Positions 47,838 through 57,891 of a stretch of 64,000 bases of DNA are shown piece after piece. Every line of letters begins with the position of its first letter. The stretch's first letter is position 1. The position numbers and the translations under genes were made by a program. Below the pieces are notes generated by a model, which saw only the letters and a list, made by a program, of their open reading frames with translations, was not told the origin of the DNA and made no database searches. This DNA comes from an uncultured virus (IMG/VR IMGVR_UViG_2643221865_000003) (taxonomy: Duplodnaviria > Heunggongvirae > Uroviricota > Caudoviricetes), in the IMG/VR virus record IMGVR_UViG_2643221865_000003. One strand, given 5' to 3'.

Positions 47838-50800
47838 ATGGCTTCGAGAGCTCAGACTCCAGAACCGACTACGAACATCGCACCGTACGTGGCGCTGCTC
47901 GGCATCGCCGGCGCCGGCGTCGCGCTCTTCTACCAGTACCCCGGCTTCGCCCTCCTCTACATCGCGTTCATCGCGGCCGGCCACCTCGCCACCCCGCCCG
48001 TCCTGACCGGCCTGATGGGCCGCACCAAGGACTCCGGTGCCAAGCCCGGCAACCCGCAGGAGCAGAAGCAACTGCAGACATACCGGCTGTGGTCGAGCCT
48101 GAAATGGTCGCTGATCACCCCGAAGCCCACCTGGATGCCGTTCTGGCCGGGAAAGCGACGCCAGCCGGTCGGATGGATGGCGAACTCGAAGTTCAAGCCG
48201 CTCCAGATCCTCTCCGGCGTCACCCTGTCCCAGGTTGAGACGCAGTTCACGTTCTACATCGCGCTGGGCGCCGCCGTCATCGCATCCGCGTTCCCCACCA
48301 CCCCGCTCGGCGAATACGCCGGAATCGGGCGGATCGCAGACGCCGTCGGCATCTACATCGTCATCATGCAGGTGTCCGCCGCATTCCGGCAGAACTCCGC
48401 ACCTGAGGATGCAGCACCGTCCGCAGGGTTCGAGCACTACCTCGCCATGTTCAACAACCCTGAAACTCGCGGCAAGGCGATCGGGGCGGGAGTCGCTGCG
48501 ATCATCGTCTCCGGCATCGCCTGCCTCGGCTTCGGCATCTGGGCCACCAAGTACGACCTCTGGTACGACGTGTACCCGACCCAGCTGTGGCAGATCACGC
48601 TGGGCATCTGCGCCGTCGTGACCGGTCTGATCCTCCACGCGGCGACCCGCGGATCCGCGCTTCAGGAATGGCGGGACCTGGTGCAAGCCCGCGCCGAATG
48701 GGAGCCGCGCTGGCAGGCGTCGGAGTTCAAACTGGACACCCCTCCTCGGATGACCTCGCACAAGCTGATCGCCGACATGGTCACCGTCGACTCATTCGAA
48801 GTGCCACCGACAGGCGGCGGCGCTTCCAACCTCATGATGATGACGTCACAGCTGAGCATCCTCATGGGCTCCGGCCGGAAGATCGCCATCCTCGAAGAGC
48901 CGGACGTGGACGTGCAGGGGCAGCCGGTTCCCGGGTCCATGCACCCGCTCCGGTTCCGGGTCGTCTGCTGGCTCACCGGCGAGCTGCCGGACCTGTCAAC
49001 CTCCGACGTGGACCCGGAACTGCTGAACCTCGCCGTCGCCAGCGCATTCACATGGGCTGTCACCGACGACGGCAAAATGGGCCGCTGCATCCCGATGGCG
49101 ATCGACAACATCGCCGCCGGAGTCGCCGACGCCGGCGACCAGCCCGTCTGGGAAGGCGAAGCCGCGACCGGCGAGGACATGTACGAGGACATCGACGCTG
49201 ACGGTGAGCCAGAAGTGTTCCAGCCGGGCCCGCCGCCCGTGCAGCGGATCCCCGGAGCGTGGGCCTCCCAGTGGGCGTTCCCTGACGGTGGACAGCTCGG
49301 CTACGTCCAGATGTCGCAGGGCGGCATCGGTGCGTACCTCGGCGTTGAAGTGATCGTCGACGCGAAAGCGGGCGTCGCCTACTTCGGTGCACTCACATCC
49401 GGAGCTCCGGAGTTCACCGACCCGGGCCTCGCGAAGCACTTCGTCGAGATGGAAACCGAACAGCGATGGAACCGACGCTGGACCGACATTCTCAAAATGG
49501 GCGCGAGGCAACCGGTCCCGCAGCACAACGTGTACATGGAGGAGAAGATCCCCGTCGGCCCTGGTGGTCGCAAGGAGACCATCAAGTGCCAGCCGATGGT
49601 GATCCCACAGGGTGTGTCCATCCTGGAGTACCTGCAGCCGCCGAAGCCGTACGAGCCGCAGCTGTCCACCACCCTGGTCGCCGCACCGTTCGTCTCCATC
49701 ACCGGCCTCAGCGGACTGTCCGGCATCAAGCCGGGCGACCGTCACCAGCAGGCGATCGCCGTGTACTGGTCAGAGCGCCAGCTGCCGAACAGCCCCGACC
49801 AGGTGATCCCGTCCGACAACAACCGGGCCGCCGGCTGGCTCCTCGCTGCGCTCGTCAACAACGCCTTCGATGTGTCCCGACTCGCCCGCCCGGAACTGAT
49901 CGACGCGCAGCCGATGTCCGAGAAGACCAGCCGCGGTCACATGTGGAAGATGCGCATCAAGCTGTACGGCGGCGTCACCATCGGCGAGGTCCGCAACAAC
50001 CAGCAGAAGATCAAGCAGACGCTGCGGTCCCAGTGGCTCCGCGTCGCTGACGCCGGCGAAGGTGTCGTCGTCCTCGTCGCCGGCGTCGACCCGGCAAGTG
50101 CCGGCTTCAAGTTCGCTGAGGTCCGCGGACGCCGGATGCCGCACCAGGATTACGTCACCAGCCTCGACTGGGAGCAGGCGTTCCTGGTGTCGAAGGTGGT
50201 CGGCGACGGCGGAAAGCTGCCCGTGCTGTTCAAGTCGGCGACGCTGCCGAAGAACGAAGACGTTGCCGTCCTCGACTTCGAGCTCCCCGCCGGTGTCGAC
50301 CCCCGCCAGATCAAGTCCGCGGTGCCCGCGCTCCGGTCAGCGACCGACAACTCCTACGTCGACGTCCGCCCGTCCCCGAACGGCGCGAAGCAGGTGCGTC
50401 TGCTGGTGGCGAAGAACAGCCCGCTCCCGAACGGCGCCCCTGTCGACTGGGAAGTCATGGAGCAGGCCGACGGCGTCCTCCCGTTCGCCACGGGTGTCGA
50501 AGGTGAACCGGTCGTGTTCAACCCGCGAGAGACCCCTCATGTGCTGGTCGCCGGAATGTCAGGTGGTGGAAAGGCGCAGCCGCTGTCTGCTCTCATCCCT
50601 GTGCCGGTCTCCGAACGGTTCCCGACCGGCTGGGCCACCAACCGTGACCTCACCGTCGGTGACATGGTCTACACGGCGAACGGCGCCACCACCCGGATCA
50701 TCGACTTCTCCCCCGTTACCGTCGAGACCGCCTACGACATCACCTTCGCCGACGGCCAGGTCGTCCGCACCGGAGCGAACCACCTGTGGAAGGTGACCCG

Positions 50801-53684
50801 CACCAACGGCCTCACCGGCGCCCCAGAACGCGGCGACGACTTCCGCGCACGGGCCAGGAGCCTCCGAGATGCAGCTGCCGGCTACACGGCTGGTACGGTC
50901 GCCTCCCTCGAAGCGATCGCACAGATTGCCGGCTACGCGCCGCTGTCCCTGTTCCAGGTGGAAGAGATCCGGCCGCTTGCCGTGAAGGCACTCCGCCCCA
51001 CCCAGAAGCCAGCACAGGTCTTCGACGGAAACGCCATCCACGCCTACCTCCGCTCAGCGGCGATCAAGCGCGGCGGAACCACCACCTTCGCAGGCACGTC
51101 ATTGACCGTTGAGATGATCGACAAGTCTGACCTCCGCGGCCAGTGGCTCTCCATCCGCGACCTCGCCGAGCTCGTCATCGGAGAAGTCTCCGCGCGCCGG
51201 CACCGGTACGCGGCGAAGAGCGTCGTCACGAACAGCGGCGCCGAAGCCCGACCCGGCTACGCAAAGTCGCTGGTCACCGCCTACCCCGTCGATGAGGTCC
51301 TGCATCTGCTCGCCGACCGCCTCGACACCCAGGCCGGCCGACGCCCGGCAGAGACGATCCTCGACACTAAGGGGATCGCCTCCGCGAAGCACAGCTACTC
51401 CGTCCGGGTCGCCTCACCCATCCCCGGCGACGATGTCGAGCTACCGGTCTCCCCAGGCCTGCTCGGAGCGATGGTCGTCGTCGAAGGTGCCCGCATCACA
51501 CCGGAGTACCTCCGCGCCTCCGAGGCGCAGCGACGGGAGCTGCTGGACTCCATCGCAGCCGCCTCCGGCTTCCCGTCCGACGACGTGGTCACCCTCATGC
51601 TCGGCGACGCCGACGTAGCTGAGAACGTCACAGAGCTGGTCCGATCCCTCGGCCACTACGCCACCACGACCGGACGAGTCGTCGCGTACAGCACCCAGAC
51701 CCGGAACCGGATCGTGGACGTCACCGAGGTCGGCACCGACGAGATGCGCTGCATCATGGTCGAAGACCCGGAGCACCTGTACCTCACCCACCAGTTCATC
51801 CCCACCCACAACTCCGTCTCCCTCCAGGTGTTGCTCTACCCGGCCGCGTTGCAGGGGAACGAGATCTACGTCGTAGACCCGACCAAGGGTGGTGCCGACT
51901 TCGGTTTCGTGAAGCCGTACGCGAAGGCGTTCGCCACGACTGTCGATGAGGCGGCAGCGTTGATGCGTCACCTGTACGGCGAAGTGGTGCGCCGCAAGGA
52001 GCTGAACATGACGCACAACGTCGGTTCGTACCGCGACCTGCCGGAGGAGATCCGCCCCGCCCACGTGTACCTGCTGATGGATGAGTTCACCTCGTTGATG
52101 CAGCCGGACCCGGTGTCGAAGACCCCGTCGGACGACCCGGAAGTGGAAGCGGACCGTCTCGCTCAGCTGCAGTCGAACACCGCGAAGCAGTACATCGGAA
52201 CGATGACCGGAAAGATCGCCCGTGAGGCCCGATCCGCCGGCGTCACCCTGATCCTCGCCACGCAGAAGCTGACCGCGAAGATGCTCGACACCATCCCGGG
52301 CAGCGGTGACCTGAAGACGAACCTGAGCCGCATGCTGCTCGGAAACGCCACCCAGGGCGACCGTGCGTCCGCTCTGAAGAACTTCACCGACGCCCCGTCC
52401 CTCGGAGACACCATCCCGAAGGGCCGCGGCCTGTACGAAGGCGAAGGCATCGCCGAGATCATCCAGGTGTGGTTCGAAGCATCCCAGGAGACGTACGCGG
52501 CGAAGCTCGCGGAACGTCTCACACCGCTCACCCCTGACGAGCAGGTGGACCTGCACGCCCTCATCCCGAAGCCGACGCAGGTGTCTGAGTTCAGCATCGA
52601 AGGCGGCGCCCCGCCGAAGGATGACACCGCAGCGGCGCAGCCGTCCGGGGAAGGCGAGACCATCCACGTCATCGACATGGGCGAGATCGAGGTGGACTTC
52701 GCTGCGTTCCTCGCAGAGATGGAAGCCGAGCAGGAAGAAGCGGTCGACGTCGCCACCGCCGCGGTCGACGAAGCCGGAGAGTCGATCCCGATCCCCCGCG
52801 GTGACTACGAGATCAGCGAGTTCGGCGGGCAGGCGTTCGATGAGGACGTCGCAGTCGATGAGGAAGATGAAGAAGAGGACACCATGACCGACCACCAGCC
52901 CGCCGTCCGGGTCAACAACCACCCGAACCAGCTGTTGCTGCTCTCCGTCGACGGTGTCATCGCCCCGCTCGGAGGGAACCCCGGAGACCCCGGCTACGGC
53001 GACTGGCAACCCGTCGACGTCCCCGGCACCGGGGTCCGCGGTGTCAGCCGTTCGATGCTCCGACGCATCGGTGAGATGAACGCGAAGATCGTCTGGGCGA
53101 CCGACTGGCAGGGTGACGCGAACAGCATCCTCGCCGAAGCTGTCGGCCGCGGCGAACTGCCGGTCCTCACACCGGCCGGGGAGTCCGAGTACGGCTGGTG
53201 GAAGATCGACGCTGTCCTCCGGCACCTCGAAGCGAACCCCAGCATCCGCCGTGTCTTGTGGGTCGACCACAAGCTCCCGGAGGAGGACCCGATGGGTCTC
53301 ACCTACGGCGAGCTCGCTCAGGAGGCGCTGGAGGACACCGGTGTGGAGCTGCTCCTCGCCCCCACCCAAGGCAGCCTCGGGTTGCGGATCTCCGAGCTCG
53401 AATACATCGAATGGTGGCTCGACCAGGGTGAGCACTTCACAGCGGCGGAGGCCGCGGCTGAGCTGCTGTACCAGCCGGCCGAAGAGCCCTCTGGGCCGGC
53501 GGTCACCGATGACGGGTTCGCGTCCATGGAGGATGCGCTCGACTGGGCCGAGGAGCTCTTGCCGAAGGGCCCCGTCGCGCCGTCTTCGCTGGAAGCGGCG
53601 CCGGTCTTCGATGACGACGACGACGACCCCGGATTCACGAAGCCGCAGTCCCGCCGCACCCTGAACGTCGACCGTGACTTGTGA
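47838..53684 (+). CDS. large membrane-anchored FtsK/SpoIIIE ATPase with intein and C-terminal HAD-like domain
   Basis: AGGAGG RBS; N-terminal TMs; PHVLVAGMSGGGK[intein]S; YLLMDE; ARSAGV.LILATQ; C-terminal SVDGV/WATDW/WWK/WVD. Confidence 0.9.
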   Translation: MASRAQTPEPTTNIAPYVALLGIAGAGVALFYQYPGFALLYIAFIAAGHLATPPVLTGLMGRTKDSGAKPGNPQEQKQLQTYRLWSSLKWSLITPKPTWMPFWPGKRRQPVGWMANSKFKPLQILSGVTLSQVETQFTFYIALGAAVIASAFPTTPLGEYAGIGRIADAVGIYIVIMQVSAAFRQNSAPEDAAPSAGFEHYLAMFNNPETRGKAIGAGVAAIIVSGIACLGFGIWATKYDLWYDVYPTQLWQITLGICAVVTGLILHAATRGSALQEWRDLVQARAEWEPRWQASEFKLDTPPRMTSHKLIADMVTVDSFEVPPTGGGASNLMMMTSQLSILMGSGRKIAILEEPDVDVQGQPVPGSMHPLRFRVVCWLTGELPDLSTSDVDPELLNLAVASAFTWAVTDDGKMGRCIPMAIDNIAAGVADAGDQPVWEGEAATGEDMYEDIDADGEPEVFQPGPPPVQRIPGAWASQWAFPDGGQLGYVQMSQGGIGAYLGVEVIVDAKAGVAYFGALTSGAPEFTDPGLAKHFVEMETEQRWNRRWTDILKMGARQPVPQHNVYMEEKIPVGPGGRKETIKCQPMVIPQGVSILEYLQPPKPYEPQLSTTLVAAPFVSITGLSGLSGIKPGDRHQQAIAVYWSERQLPNSPDQVIPSDNNRAAGWLLAALVNNAFDVSRLARPELIDAQPMSEKTSRGHMWKMRIKLYGGVTIGEVRNNQQKIKQTLRSQWLRVADAGEGVVVLVAGVDPASAGFKFAEVRGRRMPHQDYVTSLDWEQAFLVSKVVGDGGKLPVLFKSATLPKNEDVAVLDFELPAGVDPRQIKSAVPALRSATDNSYVDVRPSPNGAKQVRLLVAKNSPLPNGAPVDWEVMEQADGVLPFATGVEGEPVVFNPRETPHVLVAGMSGGGKAQPLSALIPVPVSERFPTGWATNRDLTVGDMVYTANGATTRIIDFSPVTVETAYDITFADGQVVRTGANHLWKVTRTNGLTGAPERGDDFRARARSLRDAAAGYTAGTVASLEAIAQIAGYAPLSLFQVEEIRPLAVKALRPTQKPAQVFDGNAIHAYLRSAAIKRGGTTTFAGTSLTVEMIDKSDLRGQWLSIRDLAELVIGEVSARRHRYAAKSVVTNSGAEARPGYAKSLVTAYPVDEVLHLLADRLDTQAGRRPAETILDTKGIASAKHSYSVRVASPIPGDDVELPVSPGLLGAMVVVEGARITPEYLRASEAQRRELLDSIAAASGFPSDDVVTLMLGDADVAENVTELVRSLGHYATTTGRVVAYSTQTRNRIVDVTEVGTDEMRCIMVEDPEHLYLTHQFIPTHNSVSLQVLLYPAALQGNEIYVVDPTKGGADFGFVKPYAKAFATTVDEAAALMRHLYGEVVRRKELNMTHNVGSYRDLPEEIRPAHVYLLMDEFTSLMQPDPVSKTPSDDPEVEADRLAQLQSNTAKQYIGTMTGKIAREARSAGVTLILATQKLTAKMLDTIPGSGDLKTNLSRMLLGNATQGDRASALKNFTDAPSLGDTIPKGRGLYEGEGIAEIIQVWFEASQETYAAKLAERLTPLTPDEQVDLHALIPKPTQVSEFSIEGGAPPKDDTAAAQPSGEGETIHVIDMGEIEVDFAAFLAEMEAEQEEAVDVATAAVDEAGESIPIPRGDYEISEFGGQAFDEDVAVDEEDEEEDTMTDHQPAVRVNNHPNQLLLLSVDGVIAPLGGNPGDPGYGDWQPVDVPGTGVRGVSRSMLRRIGEMNAKIVWATDWQGDANSILAEAVGRGELPVLTPAGESEYGWWKIDAVLRHLEANPSIRRVLWVDHKLPEEDPMGLTYGELAQEALEDTGVELLLAPTQGSLGLRISELEYIEWWLDQGEHFTAAEAAAELLYQPAEEPSGPAVTDDGFASMEDALDWAEELLPKGPVAPSSLEAAPVFDDDDDDPGFTKPQSRRTLNVDRDL
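50574..51812 (+). other. intein (413 aa, Ala1, class 3 signature) inserted between K and S of Walker A
   Basis: Starts AQPL; block B TGANHLW; block F MRCI; ends THN before Ser+1. Confidence 0.9.
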
Positions 53685-53731
53685 GCTTCACCGGGTGATT
53701 TCCCAGGGGTTCTGCCACATGCCTGACAGGT

Positions 53732-54862
53732 ATGAGCAGAACCCCTGATCCGGAATCATTCACCCACGCCATCGACTGGGCCGTGGTCGACCACGGCGGC
53801 GTCTTCTTCGCCTCCGACGAGCTCGGCGAACCCGTCGAGCTGCCACTGGCCGTCACCGCGCACACCCTCATCTCCGGCCCGGAGACCACCGCCCGGACTC
53901 GTGCCCTGAACACCGTCGGCTACGCCGCGCTGGTGAACGGCTACGACGTGCATCTGATCGCCCCGTCGAGCGGTGGCGCCCACGCACCCCTCGAGCCGTA
54001 CCTGGCCGGGTACGCGACCAGCCTGGACGCCGCCGAGGCGTTGACCGCAGACCTGGTCGCCGAGGTGAAGCGCCGGGCAGCGCTGACGGACCCGGAACAC
54101 GTGCGTCCCATCCTGGTGATCGTCGACTACCTTCCCGCCCTACTCACCCTCGAGAAGCTCCCGCGCAAGGGCAGCTCCGCAGTCGAAGAGGAACGCAACG
54201 AGATCGGCAGCCGCAACCTCGTCCGGAAGTCGATCGCATCCGATCTGGGCATGCTCGGACAGGCCGGAGCACCCGCCGGTATCCACTTGGTCCTCGGCAC
54301 CGACTCCCCCGACAAGCTGCGCTCCCACCTGCCAGCCGCAGCAGCGTTCGACCTGACCCGCCTGACGACCGGCCCTGGCAACCTGGCTGGCCTCACCGTC
54401 GCCGGCCACCAGGACAGCATCCACATCTGGGAGGCGAGCGACACCGAACTGGTCGTGAACCTCCTCGGACGCCTCACCCCGACGGTGGCCGCAGGCCCGG
54501 AGCCCGAGGCTGCCGAACAACCTCACCACGCGTCCAAGGCCAGCGACACCGTCACCCTGTCGCGGCCTGTGTTCAACACCGCCGTCGTCCTCGGAGCAGC
54601 ACTTCTGGCGTTCAGCGTCGGGACCACCGCTGCTGTCCTCGGCGGCCACGGCCCCCACCAGCACTCCGAGTTGCGGGGTCACCACACCCACTGGGTGCAC
54701 GAGCAACAGGTCCCGCAGGACGGCTGGACGTTCCAGTACGAGCACGACACACCCAGGGTCACGCCGGACTTCGGCGCACCGGACATCGCAGTGGACCCCG
54801 GCCCACTGCACGACCCGTACACGGCGCCAGGCGGGCCGGAATGGGTCCCCGTCGAACGGTGA
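53732..54862 (+). CDS. degenerate FtsK-like ATPase with C-terminal TM
   Basis: HTLISGPETTART (no GKS), LVIVDY, GAPAGIHLVLGT; class C motif 10 nt upstream. Confidence 0.7.
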   Translation: MSRTPDPESFTHAIDWAVVDHGGVFFASDELGEPVELPLAVTAHTLISGPETTARTRALNTVGYAALVNGYDVHLIAPSSGGAHAPLEPYLAGYATSLDAAEALTADLVAEVKRRAALTDPEHVRPILVIVDYLPALLTLEKLPRKGSSAVEEERNEIGSRNLVRKSIASDLGMLGQAGAPAGIHLVLGTDSPDKLRSHLPAAAAFDLTRLTTGPGNLAGLTVAGHQDSIHIWEASDTELVVNLLGRLTPTVAAGPEPEAAEQPHHASKASDTVTLSRPVFNTAVVLGAALLAFSVGTTAAVLGGHGPHQHSELRGHHTHWVHEQQVPQDGWTFQYEHDTPRVTPDFGAPDIAVDPGPLHDPYTAPGGPEWVPVER

Positions 54863-54922
54863 TGCCCTACGAACGTCGCGGGTGGTGACGGACGGTCCAG
54901 ACCGTTGTCAGCCGTGAACGCA

Positions 54923-54957
54923 AGAAGCCCCGCCATTGCTGGCGGGGCTTCCTGTTT
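54923..54957. terminator. bidirectional terminator
   Basis: GAAGCCCCGCCA..TGGCGGGGCTTC between convergent genes. Confidence 0.8.
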
Positions 54958-54973
54958 GGGGCGAGGTTACTGC

Positions 54974-55591
54974 TTACGCAGCGGCGACAGCAGCCGCCTC
55001 AGCCGGACGCTCCACCTTGGGCGGGACGACGTACGACTCGACCTTGCCGAGGTCCTTGAACAGACGGACGACGCGGACGTTCTTCGAACCGTTGCCGATC
55101 GGCTCGTTGATCTTGTAGAACACGGCGCGGTGTCCCACGAGGCCGGAAGCCTGCGCGGCGAGGTTGTAGCCGTCGATCGCGTCGGTGCGCTGGGTGCGGA
55201 TGCACTCCAGTCCCTCGGGGAGCTGGTACTGCTGGCCGTTGGCGCGAGCCGCGACGAACGCCTTGTGGTGCGCGAGCACCGTCTGGAAGTCGAACGTGGG
55301 GACGGGCGTCTCGCCCTGGCCGACGCGCGGCAGGACCTGGAAGTACACGAGGCCGCGGGTGGAGCTGCGCTCCGGACGGACCAGCGAGACGAGAGCGACG
55401 AACTTCGCCGACTCCTCGATCTCCTCGATCGCCTTCGCGAAGATGTTCGTGTCGTCGCCGAGGATCGCGGTGATCTGGCGCGACCCGGCGAGAACGCGGG
55501 CCTCCCAGTCCTCGATGCTGTCTCCGACGGGGCCTGCGCCGCTGATGGCGCTGAGGATGATGGAGTCCTTCACTGCCTTGTCGAGTGCCAT
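54974..55591 (-). CDS. hypothetical protein
   Basis: AAAGG RBS; strong codon bias. Confidence 0.8.
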   Translation of the reverse strand: MALDKAVKDSIILSAISGAGPVGDSIEDWEARVLAGSRQITAILGDDTNIFAKAIEEIEESAKFVALVSLVRPERSSTRGLVYFQVLPRVGQGETPVPTFDFQTVLAHHKAFVAARANGQQYQLPEGLECIRTQRTDAIDGYNLAAQASGLVGHRAVFYKINEPIGNGSKNVRVVRLFKDLGKVESYVVPPKVERPAEAAAVAAA

Positions 55592-55678
55592 GGTGGTTTA
55601 CCTTTCAGTTGGGTGATGTGCCGGAGGCGGGCGCCTGCCGACGTTTCTTCTTCTTTGGTGAAGTTGTTGGGCCGCCGG

Positions 55679-57388
55679 TCAGGCTGCGGCCTTCCTTGCG
55701 ACCGTGGCGGGGCTCGGAGCCGCGACAGGGAGCAGGGCGGAGTAGGACGGCTCGGGGATGACGTCGAGCTGGTTGTAGGTGCGGATCGCCTTCGTGACGA
55801 AGACGTGGGTGCGCTTGGTGGCCTTCGCCCTCCACGCCTTCCACTCGTCCTCGCTGGTGGCGTCCCACGGGAGCGGGAGCGTCTCGAGGGTCGTGCGGAG
55901 GGCACCGCGGATGCGGGTGTTGATCCCCGCTGCCCAGTCGAACTCGCCGCCGCGGAGCGGCTTCTGGACGTCGACGATGATTCCAGCGAGCAGGTCGGTG
56001 AGCGCGTCCACAGATGCGCCGGTGATGTCGCGGCCTGCCTCGTGGAGGAGCTCGCCGGCCATCTGCGGGAGGCTGATGACGGCGATGGCAGCGTACGAAG
56101 CGCCGTTCAGGGTGCCGTTGATGGTCGGCTCCCAGGGCTTGCCGTCAGAGAAAATTGCGGCGGGGTTGGTCACGATGTCTTCCTTTGCGTATGTGGGGTA
56201 CTTGTCGTTACCTGCATGTGCGGATCCGGCCGGTTCTGCTGCGGTGGCGACGTCAGACCAGGGGATGTCGGCGTACGGGTCGGTGGGCGTAGACACGGCG
56301 GAAGCGGCGATCTGGTGCAGCTTCTGGGCGACGTCGACAACGACCGGGGCGACCGGTGGGAGCTTCGAGCCGAACTTCTTGGCGTCGGGTCGGATGGTCG
56401 GGATTCCCAGCTGAACAGCCGGGTAGGCGGTCGCCTCCAATGTGGGGTCGACGACACGGCGGCCGTTCACCTTGGTGGTGTTGGTCAGGTCGACCTTGCC
56501 GGCGGCTTTCGCTGCGGGGCAGGCGTTCACCAGTGGGCACCAGCCGCAGAGCGGTCCGACCTCGGTGGTGAACTCGCCGGTCTCCATCACCTTGTTGTGG
56601 GTGTCCCAGGCGGATCGGAACTGCTCACGGGTCTTCTGCATCGCCGCGTCGGTGAGGGGGATGTCGCGTGCGACGCCGAACTGGGTGTAGTGGATGCGGC
56701 CGATGGCTGCAGGCTTGCCGGTGACCTCGCGGATCGCGTCGGAGTACAGACGGATCTGGTCGCCGTGGTCGTCGCCGTGCTTGTTCAGCTCGAAGGCGTT
56801 CTTCATCTTCCCGGTCTTCAGGTCGATGACGAGGTACTCGTCCTTGTCTGCGACCTTGACGACCTCAACACGGTCGATGAAGCCCATCGCGGGCACACCA
56901 GCGATGTGGACGCCGTCGAACGGCAGCTCCGTCTTGTAAGTGGTGACCTGTGTCGGGTCGGTAATGTCGAACTCACCGAGCCCGAGACGGCTGACTTCGT
57001 CGATCCAGAACTGGCGCTTGCCGGCCCACGCCTCCGGGGTCTCCTCCGCTTCGAGGCGAGCTTTCTCGCTCCACATCTCGTCCGCGTGCTTGTCGCGGAT
57101 CTCCAGGAACTTCAGCTTCGTGCGCTTCTTCGGGGTGACGTTGTAGAGGTCTTCGAGGACGGCGTGGGTGGAGGTTCCGAGGGCGGAGACGGTGAACGGG
57201 TCGTCGTCGCGCGGGAGGAGTTTCTCGCCGGCGAAACGGGCGAGGCATCCCTTCATGGACTTGGACGTGGACGCCGACAGGGCCTTGCGGCGGATCCTGT
57301 CGTCGACCACGTCAGGGTCAATGGCGACCAGGTTTTTACCTGACCAGGCCACACCCTGTAGGAGTGGTTCTGTTGCTGTGATTCTCAT
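55679..57388 (-). CDS. PD-(D/E)XK nuclease (RecB/AddB/Cas4-like) with C-terminal extra domain
   Basis: GT..H..LE, GFIDRV, IDLKTG, Q..LY; Cys 1+3 pattern (GC...CGWC.....C); leaderless after class A motif. Confidence 0.85.
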   Translation of the reverse strand: MRITATEPLLQGVAWSGKNLVAIDPDVVDDRIRRKALSASTSKSMKGCLARFAGEKLLPRDDDPFTVSALGTSTHAVLEDLYNVTPKKRTKLKFLEIRDKHADEMWSEKARLEAEETPEAWAGKRQFWIDEVSRLGLGEFDITDPTQVTTYKTELPFDGVHIAGVPAMGFIDRVEVVKVADKDEYLVIDLKTGKMKNAFELNKHGDDHGDQIRLYSDAIREVTGKPAAIGRIHYTQFGVARDIPLTDAAMQKTREQFRSAWDTHNKVMETGEFTTEVGPLCGWCPLVNACPAAKAAGKVDLTNTTKVNGRRVVDPTLEATAYPAVQLGIPTIRPDAKKFGSKLPPVAPVVVDVAQKLHQIAASAVSTPTDPYADIPWSDVATAAEPAGSAHAGNDKYPTYAKEDIVTNPAAIFSDGKPWEPTINGTLNGASYAAIAVISLPQMAGELLHEAGRDITGASVDALTDLLAGIIVDVQKPLRGGEFDWAAGINTRIRGALRTTLETLPLPWDATSEDEWKAWRAKATKRTHVFVTKAIRTYNQLDVIPEPSYSALLPVAAPSPATVARKAAA

Positions 57389-57488
57389 ACCACCTGCATG
57401 TGCGGTATGAGTTGGGAATGTTGGGTTGGCTATGGAAGTTCTGAGCTCTGACAACCAAGGTGGAGCATGTCGAGGTCCGGGGTTCTAC

Positions 57489-57842
57489 CTAAGGGGTGGA
57501 AAGCAGAAGGGCTGCCACGAGTTCCGGGTTCTCCGTCCGCCAACGCTCCCAATCAGGGTCGACCAGCAGGTGGCCCGCCAGTCCCGGTAGCTCCGGCTTC
57601 GGAGCGACGCCACGGTGATAGTGGATTTCGGTGAGGTGGGCCCAGCAGAAAAACAGTCCGCAGCCCGGTGCGATGACCTCTTCCATGGACTCCATGTCTG
57701 GGTCCCACCGGTATCGGAAGTGCTCGTCACAGAGTTGTGCGGGGCCACGGTCAATCACTTCAGAACAGCTGGGATGGTCGCAGTGGGCGGGGACGCCGCG
57801 GCCGATCCAACGGCCGTCTCTGCGTTCTAGCGTGTTCTCCAC
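57489..57842 (-). CDS. Cys-rich phage-type hypothetical protein
   Basis: IG.GVPA.CDHP.C...IDRG...GCGLFFC..H; class C motif and GGAGG RBS. Confidence 0.7.
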   Translation of the reverse strand: MENTLERRDGRWIGRGVPAHCDHPSCSEVIDRGPAQLCDEHFRYRWDPDMESMEEVIAPGCGLFFCWAHLTEIHYHRGVAPKPELPGLAGHLLVDPDWERWRTENPELVAALLLSTP

Positions 57843-57891
57843 TCGAACCTCCAGGTCAGCGTCCGTGCAGTGGACATGTGGCGCAGCTGGG

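Noticed and set aside
54905..57343. 812-aa plus-strand ORF and other long antisense ORFs (1979-3547, 20390-21802, 51441-53435)
   Set aside because: Shadow frames opposite well-supported genes, typical of high-GC DNA.
55679..57388. Cas4 of a CRISPR system
   Set aside because: It has the 1+3 Cys pattern, but no cas1/cas2 or array is in the window; treated as a stand-alone PD-(D/E)XK nuclease.
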